Assembly: GCA_022709695.1 (NCBI GenBank)
Contig: JAKLII010000003.1
Span: forward strand, 80,124-144,123
From: Bacteroidota bacterium
Lineage (GTDB): Bacteria > Bacteroidota > Bacteroidia > Bacteroidales > SKPS01
DNA: 64,000 bases
Direction: 5' to 3'
The position numbers were made by a program, and so were the translations under genes. The notes under the pieces were generated by a model. That model had not been told where the DNA came from. It saw only the letters and a list, made by a program, of their open reading frames with translations, and made no database searches. This document shows positions 8,299 to 16,144 of this stretch, piece by piece (within the stretch, counting starts at the first letter, position 1; every line of letters starts with the position of its first letter).

Positions 8299-8418
8299 AA
8301 TGATTCCGGTAAGAAAAACACTGGCGATTTTTTACATCGTGTTTCAATATGAAAACGCTGATGTAAAGATACTTAATAACTATTGATATTCAATTAACCA
8401 CAGGAAAATTTATTGGGG

Positions 8419-8426
8419 TACTTTTG
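8419..8426 (+). promoter_or_regulatory. Bacteroidota -7 promoter box (TACTTTTG), candidate rnr promoter
   Basis: Exact TAnnTTTG match 112 nt upstream of the rnr ATG. This implies a leader of about 100 nt that contains the TGCG repeat array. Confidence 0.3.
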
Positions 8427-8467
8427 TCAGATATTCATGAGCGGGAAGTTCCCTTCGATATTGGAAT

Positions 8468-8501
8468 TTGCAAACCTCTGTGATCTTTGCGCATTCTTTG
8501 C
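8468..8501 (+). repeat. Phased array of four CT(T)TG(C/T)G units
   Basis: ctcTGTGat cttTGCGcatt cttTGCGaac cttGCG. TG[T/C]G cores start at 8469, 8478, 8489 and 8498, giving spacings of 9, 11 and 9 bp. Confidence 0.7.
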
Positions 8502-8537
8502 GAACCTTGCGTTTAAAAATATTCAAAACAGAACAAT

Positions 8538-10766
8538 ATGTCAAAGCAAAACAAGAACCCCAAGCGGGGCAAAGAAAAAATTAAAGACAACAGGACCGCC
8601 ACGCGGAAAGGATCTTCGCAGAATATCCAGCGTAATTCTTTCGTGAAGAGTGTTCTGGACATCTTTCAGCAAAATCCATTGTACTATTATAACCCGCCAC
8701 AGGTTTGCAAAGCCCTGGGAATCAATGATGCTGCCAGCAAAGATCTGGTGAGCCGGATTCTGCAGGACCTGGCCTCGGCAGGAACCCTGCTGCACAAAGG
8801 GAAGGAGCGATACATCCTCAATCCTGAGACTGACACCTATCAGGATGCCGCTGTGAAGCTCACCGGCATCATCGACATGAAACGTACCGGCAAGGCATAT
8901 CTGCTTCCCGACGATGGCAGCGAGGATGTATACATCTCCGCCTCCAACACCGGCCAATCGCTTGACGGCGACCGGGTGGAGGTGCACCTTTTCCCCCAGC
9001 GTGCCGGCCGCAAGCGGGAAGGGCAGGTGGTCAACATCATCAAAAGAAGCCGTGTGGCCATCGTTGGGGTACTTCAGCTCAGCAAGAAGTTTGCGTTCGT
9101 AGTTCCCGACGACACCTCCCTTCCGGTGGATATCTTCATCCCGCTGTCGGGGATTAACAATGCCCGCGACGGCGAAAAGGTAATCGCCAGAATTACCGAA
9201 TGGCCGGAACGGAGCAACAATCCTTTTGGAGAGGTGATTGATATCCTGGGGATGCCGGGTGAAAATGAGGTGGAGATGAATTCGATTCTGGCCTCATTCG
9301 ATTTTCCGCTCCGCTTCCCGGTACAGGTTGAAAAGGAGGCTGAAAAAATCCCGGAGCAGTTGCCCGAGCAGGAGATCCGGCGCCGCCGCGATTTCCGTTC
9401 AGTAACCACCCTCACCATTGACCCTGCTGATGCCAAGGACTTCGACGACGCACTGTCTCTCAACTCTTTACCCAACGGCAATTGGGAGGTTGGTGTACAC
9501 ATTGCCGATGTGTCGTATTACGTAAAACCAGGCACCAGCCTCGACGAAGAAGCTTTGAAACGGGGCACTTCGGTGTATCTGGTCGACAGAACCATCCCGA
9601 TGCTCCCTGAGAAATTGTCGAATATGGTATGCTCCTTACGCCCAGATGAAGACAAATTCTGCTTCTCTGCGGTATTTGAAATGACGCCTGAGGCCGAGGT
9701 GGTGAACGAATGGTTTGGTAAAACGGTGATCCGTTCCGACCGTCGTTTTGCGTATGAAGAAGTACAGAAAATCATCGAAGGTGCCGAAGGGGATCTGAAG
9801 CCGGACATCATGACCCTGCATGCCCTGGCAGCTATTCTGAGGAAGATACGGTTTCAGAAAGGGGCTATTGCATTCCATTCCGAAGAGGTAAAATTCATCC
9901 TCGACCCACAGGGAAAACCTTTGGATACCTATGTGAAAGAGTCGAAGGAGGCCAACTGGCTTATTGAGGAATTCATGCTGCTGGCCAACCGCAAAGTGGC
10001 CGAAAGAATCGGGGTACAGCGCAGGCGAAACAAGCCCCCGGTGTTTGTGTACCGCGTACACGATACCCCCAACCGCGAAAAACTGGAGACTTTCGCCGAA
10101 TTTATCGGAAAGCTGGGATATAAAATGCAGCTTGGCTCACGGAAAGGGCTCGCCAACTCTTTCAACAACCTCTTCGAACAGATTGCAGGCAAAGGGGAGC
10201 AGCACATGATCGAAACCATTGCCATCCGTACCATGGCCAAGGCCATCTACTCCACCCACAATATCGGCCATTACGGTCTGGCATTCAAGCACTATACCCA
10301 TTTCACCTCCCCCATCCGACGCTATCCCGACCTGATGGTACACCGGCTGCTGGAACGGTACCTGGAGGGTGGCCAGAGCGTGAAATCGTCAGAATATGAA
10401 GAATTGTGCGACCATTGCTCTGAAATGGAAAAAAAGGCAGCTGAAGCAGAACGTGCCTCGGTAAAATACAAACAGGCGGAATTCCTGCTGAACCGCATTG
10501 GTGAAGTGTTTCCCGGCGTGATCAGTGGCGTGAGCAAATGGGGTATCTATGTGGAACTGGAGAAAAGTAAATGCGAAGGGATGATACCCATTACACGTCT
10601 CGAGGACGATTTCTACACCCTCGACGAAGACAACTACCGGATCATCGGACGCCGCTACCGGAAAATCTACCGGCTTGGGGATAAGATCAACATCATTGTG
10701 CGGAGTATCGACCTGCAGAAGAAGCAGATGACGTTTGATTTGACAAGTGAAAAGGCTAAAGGCTAA
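8538..10766 (+). CDS. rnr: Ribonuclease R (RNase II/VacB family 3'-5' exoribonuclease)
   Basis: 742 aa. Basic N-terminus, an RNB catalytic core (TIDPADAKDFDDALS, HYGLAFKHYTHFTSPIRRYPDLMVHR) and a C-terminal S1 domain (FPGVISGVSKWGIYVELE). Confidence 0.95.
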   Translation: MSKQNKNPKRGKEKIKDNRTATRKGSSQNIQRNSFVKSVLDIFQQNPLYYYNPPQVCKALGINDAASKDLVSRILQDLASAGTLLHKGKERYILNPETDTYQDAAVKLTGIIDMKRTGKAYLLPDDGSEDVYISASNTGQSLDGDRVEVHLFPQRAGRKREGQVVNIIKRSRVAIVGVLQLSKKFAFVVPDDTSLPVDIFIPLSGINNARDGEKVIARITEWPERSNNPFGEVIDILGMPGENEVEMNSILASFDFPLRFPVQVEKEAEKIPEQLPEQEIRRRRDFRSVTTLTIDPADAKDFDDALSLNSLPNGNWEVGVHIADVSYYVKPGTSLDEEALKRGTSVYLVDRTIPMLPEKLSNMVCSLRPDEDKFCFSAVFEMTPEAEVVNEWFGKTVIRSDRRFAYEEVQKIIEGAEGDLKPDIMTLHALAAILRKIRFQKGAIAFHSEEVKFILDPQGKPLDTYVKESKEANWLIEEFMLLANRKVAERIGVQRRRNKPPVFVYRVHDTPNREKLETFAEFIGKLGYKMQLGSRKGLANSFNNLFEQIAGKGEQHMIETIAIRTMAKAIYSTHNIGHYGLAFKHYTHFTSPIRRYPDLMVHRLLERYLEGGQSVKSSEYEELCDHCSEMEKKAAEAERASVKYKQAEFLLNRIGEVFPGVISGVSKWGIYVELEKSKCEGMIPITRLEDDFYTLDEDNYRIIGRRYRKIYRLGDKINIIVRSIDLQKKQMTFDLTSEKAKG

Positions 10767-10782
10767 GGTGTAAAGGCTAAAG
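10747..10782 (+). repeat. Left terminal repeat block of the four-helix-bundle cassette
   Basis: GTGAAAAGGCTAAAG GCTAAG GTGTAAAGGCTAAAG. It contains the last codons and the TAA stop (10764-10766) of rnr. Confidence 0.8.
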
Positions 10783-10860
10783 TTGGAAGAATGACGGAGA
10801 CCGGTGGTGCTTTGCTTTTGACTCCGCTCAGGCACAGGAAGAAGGTCCGTTATGAATGGA

Positions 10861-11223
10861 TTATGCTTTTCTTTCTGTTTTTGTACAGATTGCTCCTAAA
10901 ATGTTTTTTAGCTCCTGCGATTCTTTGATAAGAACTCCGCAGTCTTTCTGCATTTCCTCATTTATAATGATTCCATTGAAAATTTTTAACCAATAGTAAG
11001 CCTCCCGCATCTCTTTGAGGGAGATTCGCACTTTATTTGTGAAGTCTGCTCGACTACTACCCCCCTGAGATTCTTCATAATTTGCACCCGAAGAGGTAGC
11101 TGATCTGATCAATTGCTTTTTCAATATTATATTTTCATCATTGTTTGGCAACTTTCTAAGAAACAGAATTACCTTAATGGCAAAACCAAGTAACCTTTCT
11201 GACAAATCATTTTTACCAATCAT
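10861..11223 (-). CDS. Four-helix-bundle protein (23S rRNA intervening-sequence protein / Avd-like family)
   Basis: 120 aa. The pattern LLGFAIKVILFLRKLP...LIRSATSSGANYEESQGGSSRADFTNKVRISLKEMREAYYWL is typical of this family. The gene is visibly more AT-rich than its neighbours. Confidence 0.85.
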   Translation of the reverse strand: MIGKNDLSERLLGFAIKVILFLRKLPNNDENIILKKQLIRSATSSGANYEESQGGSSRADFTNKVRISLKEMREAYYWLKIFNGIIINEEMQKDCGVLIKESQELKNILGAICTKTERKA

Positions 11224-11263
11224 AATCTTTATAAAACTTCGGCTTTTCTTTTAACATTCCCTT

Positions 11264-11301
11264 CTTTAGCCTTTTCACTTTAGCCTTTTCACTTTAGCCT
11301 T
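11264..11301 (-). repeat. Right terminal repeat block of the four-helix-bundle cassette, inverted relative to 10747-10782
   Basis: The reverse complement reads AAGGCTAAAG TGAAAAGGCTAAAG TGAAAAGGCTAAAG (14-nt period). It contains the last codons and the TGA stop (11275-11277) of the lutB-like gene. Confidence 0.8.
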
Positions 11302-12660
11302 CTGGTATTCCTGGTTAAACGAGGGACCATCAAAGTGCGGAAGGGTTCTGCGGGAGCCCCAGCTTTTTTTGAAAAAGAGGTTCAACCCCAGGTTTTTCAC
11401 GCCGGGTGAAAATCTGTTGAGCAGTCTGCGGCGGCTCATCACCATTTTGTAGCCGGTCATCACCCTTTTTTCCTGGGCTGTCCTGAATCCCTCCTTGACT
11501 GCGTCGCGGCGGTTGAGGAGGAGGATTTTATGGATCGGGATTTTTACCGGGCACACCTCGCTGCATTTTCCGCACAACGAAGAAGCGAAGCTGAGGTGTT
11601 TATACTCCATCCCTTTGAGGTGTGGAGTAATGATGGAGCCAATGGGACCGCTGTATGTGGTTCCATAGGCATGTCCGCCAATGTTTTTGTACACAGGGCA
11701 GTAATTGAGGCATGCACCGCATTTTATGCACCGCAGTGCTGATCTCTGTTCCGGTTTTGCCAGCAGGTTGGTGCGGCCATTATCGAGCAATACCACAAAC
11801 ATCTCGGCCGGTCCATCCGGTTCCTTGCTTTTTGCCGGACCCGAAATAATGGAGTTGTACACGGTGACTTTCTGCCCGGTACCCATGGTTGCCAGCAACG
11901 GAAGGTACACCTGGAGATCGCGGATAGAGGGGATTACCTTTTCGATGCCGGCGATGGCAATATGCAGCCTTGGCCAGCTCACTGACATCACCCCGTTGCC
12001 CTCATTTTCGGTAAGAAGCACCGATCCGGTATCAGCAATCAGAAAGTTGGCACCCGTAATACCCGCATCGGCCTGCATAAATTTCTCGCGCAGCTTTGCC
12101 CGTACAAATGCTGTGATCTCCTCTGCTGTGCTTTCGGGATTTAATCCGAATTTTGCATGAAACAGCTCCGCAATATCCTTTTTCGACTTGTGCATTACCG
12201 GGGTGATAATATGGTATGGCCGGTCGTTGTCGAGTTGTACAATGTATTCCCCGAGGTCGGTTTCCAGTACGCTGATTCCGTTACCCTGCAATACGGTATT
12301 GAGTTCCAGCTCCTCGGTAATCATCGACTTCGATTTCACCACATTTCTTACTCCGTGCGATTTCAGGATTTTCACAATCGCTGTAACAGCCTCTCTGGCA
12401 TCATGTGCCCATATCACACGTCCGCCCCGGGCGGTAAATCTGCTCTCGAAAGTGATCAGATGGTGCTCCAGATTGTTGATGCAGTGCTCCTTCTGACGGG
12501 CAGCATACCGTCTGGCGTTTTCTATGTGGCTGTACTGCAGCACTCCCTTCTTAACCGCCGTTTCATACTTGCCAATGTTGAAACGGAGGGTCTGCCGGTG
12601 AGCCGGGTCAAAGGCCTTCTTTTCCGCCTGCTCTGAAAAAACCCGCTGTAAGTTGTTCAT
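11275..12660 (-). CDS. lutB: LutB-like iron-sulfur protein (LUD domain plus two 4Fe-4S motifs)
   Basis: 461 aa. Ferredoxin-type motifs CIKCGACLNYCP and CGKCSEVCP follow an N-terminal LUD-type domain. No lutA or lutC is adjacent. Confidence 0.8.
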   Translation of the reverse strand: MNNLQRVFSEQAEKKAFDPAHRQTLRFNIGKYETAVKKGVLQYSHIENARRYAARQKEHCINNLEHHLITFESRFTARGGRVIWAHDAREAVTAIVKILKSHGVRNVVKSKSMITEELELNTVLQGNGISVLETDLGEYIVQLDNDRPYHIITPVMHKSKKDIAELFHAKFGLNPESTAEEITAFVRAKLREKFMQADAGITGANFLIADTGSVLLTENEGNGVMSVSWPRLHIAIAGIEKVIPSIRDLQVYLPLLATMGTGQKVTVYNSIISGPAKSKEPDGPAEMFVVLLDNGRTNLLAKPEQRSALRCIKCGACLNYCPVYKNIGGHAYGTTYSGPIGSIITPHLKGMEYKHLSFASSLCGKCSEVCPVKIPIHKILLLNRRDAVKEGFRTAQEKRVMTGYKMVMSRRRLLNRFSPGVKNLGLNLFFKKSWGSRRTLPHFDGPSFNQEYQKAKVKRLK

Positions 12661-13100
12661 GCCTTCCCGGAATTGATTTTTGCCACTCTTTTTTCGTGCC
12701 GGCCCCCTTCAAATGCAGTATGCAGAAAAGCCTCCACCATGGGTATCGCTTCGTCTTCCGTGATATACCGGGCTGGTAAAGCCAGCACATTGGCATCGTT
12801 ATGCTGGCGGGCCATGATTACCAGCTCCTCTTTCCAGCACAATGCCGCCCTTACCCAAGGATGCTTGTTTGCAGTCATACTTACCCCGTTGCCCGATCCG
12901 CACAGGATAATGCCCCTGCGGTATTCCCCTTTCTCAATGGATTCAGCCAGGGGATGTACCATATCAGGATAATCTACTGCTTCGGCGCTGAATGTTCCGA
13001 AATCCTTCACTTCATAGCCCTTTCCTTCCAGATACTTTTTCAGCATCTCCTTCATGGCATACCCCGCATGGTCCGATGCCATACAAATTGCCTCTTTCAT
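12657..13100 (-). CDS. rpiB: Ribose-5-phosphate isomerase B (RpiB/LacA/LacB family)
   Basis: 147 aa. MASDHAGYAMKEML...ILCGSGNGVSMTANKH is characteristic. There is a 4-nt overlap with the downstream lutB-like gene. Confidence 0.9.
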   Translation of the reverse strand: MKEAICMASDHAGYAMKEMLKKYLEGKGYEVKDFGTFSAEAVDYPDMVHPLAESIEKGEYRRGIILCGSGNGVSMTANKHPWVRAALCWKEELVIMARQHNDANVLALPARYITEDEAIPMVEAFLHTAFEGGRHEKRVAKINSGKA

Positions 13101-13134
13101 CTGTTCCGGGTTGTGTAGAAATATTAGAATGATA

Positions 13135-13142
13135 CAAAGGTA
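13135..13142 (-). promoter_or_regulatory. Bacteroidota -7 promoter box (TACCTTTG) for rpiB
   Basis: Exact TAnnTTTG match on the minus strand, 35 nt upstream of the rpiB ATG. Confidence 0.4.
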
Positions 13143-13455
13143 TTGATTTCATGATGAAACAAGAAATTTCTGTTGATAACCATGCACGATGTTGACAATT
13201 CAGCGGTTCAAAACATCACATCCGTGTTGATAAATCTTCATTCTTTTTTCTTGCTTTTTCATTTTGGGCCGGGCTTATGAAAATTCATGAAAGAAGCAAA
13301 TTTTTCACCTGCCTGTTTTTACTTTTCTTTGCACACAATGTAAACAACTCCGGTTGACATCGGTTTGTTTATTCGCATACCTCCGGTTTTATCAACGGTT
13401 TGTTAAAATCTTTGGACAAAGTTCATTTTCAGGTGTGAGCCATGCCAAACCTTGT

Positions 13456-13463
13456 TAATTTTG
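13456..13463 (+). promoter_or_regulatory. Bacteroidota -7 promoter box (TAATTTTG), candidate nadA promoter
   Basis: Exact TAnnTTTG match about 118 nt upstream of the nadA ATG. Confidence 0.3.
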
Positions 13464-13581
13464 TGTGGAAATACCTGCTTATAACATTTGGAACAGTTCA
13501 TTCAGGTTTTTACCAACAGTTTCAACACGCTGATGACGATGATGGTTTTTTTATATATATAATATTTAAAATATATAATAA

Positions 13582-14511
13582 ATGAAGTTTGTTGATAAGA
13601 TAAAAGAACTCAAGAAACAGAAGAACGCCATCATTCTGGCACATTACTATCAAACAGGTGATATACAGGATATTGCTGATTATGTAGGTGACAGTTTGGG
13701 TCTTTCACAGAAAGCTTCGGAGGCAAAATGCGATAGGATCGTATTTGCCGGGGTGTACTTTATGGCCGAGACGGCAAAGATCCTGAATCCAAAGGCAAAG
13801 GTACTTATTCCTGACAGGGAAGCAGGCTGTTCACTGGCCGATTCGTGCCCTCCGGATCGTTTTGCTGACTTCCTGAAGCAATATCCTGATTATACTGTGA
13901 TCTCCTATATCAACTGTTCGGCTGCCATAAAAACCATGTCGGATATCATTGTTACCAGCAGTAATGCCGTTTCGGTGGTGGAATCTTTTCCGAAGGATCA
14001 GAAGATCATTTTCGCACCCGACCGTAATTTAGGGGGGTATATCAACCGATTAACCGGTAGGGATATGGTGCTTTGGGACGGTACCTGCGAGGTGCATGAC
14101 ATCTTATCCACGGAAAAGATCATTCAACTCACCATGGCGCATCCTGATGCAAAGCTCATTGCCCATCCAGAATGCCGGGCACAGGTTCTGGAACTCGCAT
14201 CCTTTGTGGGTTCAACCAATGAAATGATACGCTTTACAAGAACTGATTCTTCTGAAAAATTCATAGTGGCAACGGAATCAGGAATTATACATCAGATGAA
14301 GAAAGAATCGCCCGGAAAGGAGTTTATCATTGTTCCCTCCGACGAATCGTGTGCCTGCAACGATTGTCCATACATGAAAATGAATACCATGGAGAAGATT
14401 TACAGGTGCCTGGCGGATGAATCACCGGAGGTACAACTGGATGAGGATACCATTGTCAGGGCATCCGTACCCATTCTCAGGATGCTTGAGCTTTCAAAAC
14501 CGGGGAGATAG
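13582..14511 (+). CDS. nadA: Quinolinate synthase
   Basis: 309 aa. AIILAHYYQ...DYVGDSLGLS...ISYINCSA...AHPEC is typical NadA. Confidence 0.95.
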   Translation: MKFVDKIKELKKQKNAIILAHYYQTGDIQDIADYVGDSLGLSQKASEAKCDRIVFAGVYFMAETAKILNPKAKVLIPDREAGCSLADSCPPDRFADFLKQYPDYTVISYINCSAAIKTMSDIIVTSSNAVSVVESFPKDQKIIFAPDRNLGGYINRLTGRDMVLWDGTCEVHDILSTEKIIQLTMAHPDAKLIAHPECRAQVLELASFVGSTNEMIRFTRTDSSEKFIVATESGIIHQMKKESPGKEFIIVPSDESCACNDCPYMKMNTMEKIYRCLADESPEVQLDEDTIVRASVPILRMLELSKPGR

Positions 14512-14551
14512 AACAATAATGACAAAATACGGGGGTTAAAGAAAAAATGGT

Positions 14552-16090
14552 ATGAGAGTGATCAGGACATTGTTTTGGATGGTTGGTTTGATGTTCTTGA
14601 GCGCGGTTGGAAAATCCCAGCAGCCGGGCGACTCATTGATGCCTGGTTTCACACGGTATTACCATGCCAACGGAAAAATAAGCAGCGAGGGTATTCTGAG
14701 GGAGGGTAAACCTGATGGATACTGGAAGAGCTATTTTGAATCAGGAAAAATTAAATCGGAAGGTAACCGGCTCAATTTTCTCCTGGATGGTGTCTGGCGT
14801 TTTTATGATGATTCAGGTAGAGTAATATTACAGACCCAATACAGACAAGGATTAAAGGAAGGGCTGCGCATCACACTTACACCGGAGGAACGGATTGAAG
14901 AGTATTTTGAAAATGATCAGAAACAGGGGTTGGCTTACTACTATGATGCTGATGGTTTTCTGCTGAAAACCATTCCTTATGAAAACGGAAGGGAGCAGGG
15001 TATAGCCAAGTTTTATAACCGTGATAGTCTGGTGATTACCATGATGGAATATCGCAGGGGGGTGGCCATCAGCAGGGAGTTTATCAACAGGTATGACCAT
15101 AACGGTTTGCCCAACGGATTATGGAGAACCTTTTATCCTGAAGGGAATGTAAAAGAAGAATTTTCTTATAAAAACGGGGTCAGGGATGGGTACTACAAAA
15201 AATTTGACCGTGAAGGGAATATGGAGCAAATCGCCAAATATGTGAATGGTGAACTTATACCCGACAGTGATGAATTGGTGGAATATGAGATTAGAAGGGA
15301 CTATTATCCCGATATGAAAGTGAAAATTGAGGGCAGTTATCGAGATGGGGTGGCAGATGGGTTCAGGAAAGAGTATAAGCCCGACGGGACGCTGGAAGTG
15401 ATTTATCTCCTGGACAAAGGGAGGATTGTTGGGGCAGGAATGCTGGATGAGCAGGGAAATAAACAAGGTTTCTGGAAAGAGTATTACCGCGAGGGAGGTT
15501 TACGGTCAGAAGGAAATTATGTGAATGGGATCAGAACCGGTGCATGGGTGTTTTACTTCCCCGACGGTACGGTTGAACAGAAGGGAACCTATACCACAAA
15601 AGGGAAAGAGCAGGGAAAGTGGACATGGTACTACCAGGGTGGGGTGCTGCGCAGGGAAGAGGAGTATAAATCGGGTATCAGGAACGGAGAGATGAAAGAA
15701 TACGATGAGCAGGGTAATATTATTGCTTCCGGTATTTTTGAAGAGGGGGAAGAAGAGGGGGAATGGTTCTATCAGGAAGAAGGGTATCGTCAGGAGGGAA
15801 CTTATGTCGAAGGAGAAAGGGATGGAGAGTGGAACCACTATTATCCCGATGGTCAGATAAGTTTCAGTGGAAAATACATTGATGGCAATCCGGATGGCCG
15901 GCATGTGTGGTACAATCCGGATGGAACCTTAAGAACCGAGGGGAATTTTATCATGGGAATCCGCCACGGGCAATGGCGATACTATTCGGAAACCGGCATA
16001 TTGTTATTGCTGGTCGAATTCCGTAATGGAATAGAAATCAAGTACGAAAATCAGATCATCAAGCCGGAACTGCCCGGTTCTGATTTGTAG
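14552..16090 (+). CDS. Secreted MORN-variant (YwqK-like) repeat protein
   Basis: 512 aa. A signal peptide is followed by about 18 repeats of the G-x-W-x-x-Y(Y/F)-x-x-G type (GYWKSYFESGKI, GLWRTFYPEGNV, GAWVFYFPDGTV, and so on). Confidence 0.8.
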   Translation: MRVIRTLFWMVGLMFLSAVGKSQQPGDSLMPGFTRYYHANGKISSEGILREGKPDGYWKSYFESGKIKSEGNRLNFLLDGVWRFYDDSGRVILQTQYRQGLKEGLRITLTPEERIEEYFENDQKQGLAYYYDADGFLLKTIPYENGREQGIAKFYNRDSLVITMMEYRRGVAISREFINRYDHNGLPNGLWRTFYPEGNVKEEFSYKNGVRDGYYKKFDREGNMEQIAKYVNGELIPDSDELVEYEIRRDYYPDMKVKIEGSYRDGVADGFRKEYKPDGTLEVIYLLDKGRIVGAGMLDEQGNKQGFWKEYYREGGLRSEGNYVNGIRTGAWVFYFPDGTVEQKGTYTTKGKEQGKWTWYYQGGVLRREEEYKSGIRNGEMKEYDEQGNIIASGIFEEGEEEGEWFYQEEGYRQEGTYVEGERDGEWNHYYPDGQISFSGKYIDGNPDGRHVWYNPDGTLRTEGNFIMGIRHGQWRYYSETGILLLLVEFRNGIEIKYENQIIKPELPGSDL

Positions 16091-16144
16091 TTTTTGCAAT
16101 ATTCTGCCGAAAAGAGAGTTTAGCCCTTAAAATTCAAAGGTTAT

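Noticed and set aside
8413-8646. 77-aa ORF overlapping the rnr start out of frame
   Set aside because: It begins inside the promoter and leader region and overlaps rnr. Its composition reflects the repeat array, and there is no support for coding.
10747-11301. Diversity-generating retroelement, considered because the four-helix-bundle protein is Avd-like
   Set aside because: No reverse transcriptase ORF occurs anywhere in the window. I saw no template/variable repeat pair with adenine-specific differences. The cargo paralogue similarity at 4388-7300 shows ordinary divergence at all bases.
13277-13357. 26-codon hydrophobic mini-ORF (MKIHERSKFFTCLFLLFFAHNVNNSG) in the rpiB-nadA intergenic region
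   Set aside because: There is no promoter box or conservation evidence available, and it could arise by chance in AT-rich DNA. It would only be worth revisiting if ribosome profiling or homologues support it.
13101-13581. Possible replication origin (DnaA boxes) or known NAD riboswitch upstream of nadA
   Set aside because: The best DnaA-box-like 9-mer (ATTTCCACA, reverse strand near 13464-13472) has two mismatches to TTATCCACA and stands alone. No dnaA or dnaN is nearby. I cannot fold a convincing two-domain NAD-riboswitch-like structure by eye. It is kept only as a check in the corresponding finding.
14552-16090. Toxin-antitoxin system, considered because MORN-variant/YwqK proteins are often auto-annotated as antitoxins
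   Set aside because: The protein has a signal peptide and is 512 aa of repeats. No toxin-like partner gene is adjacent.
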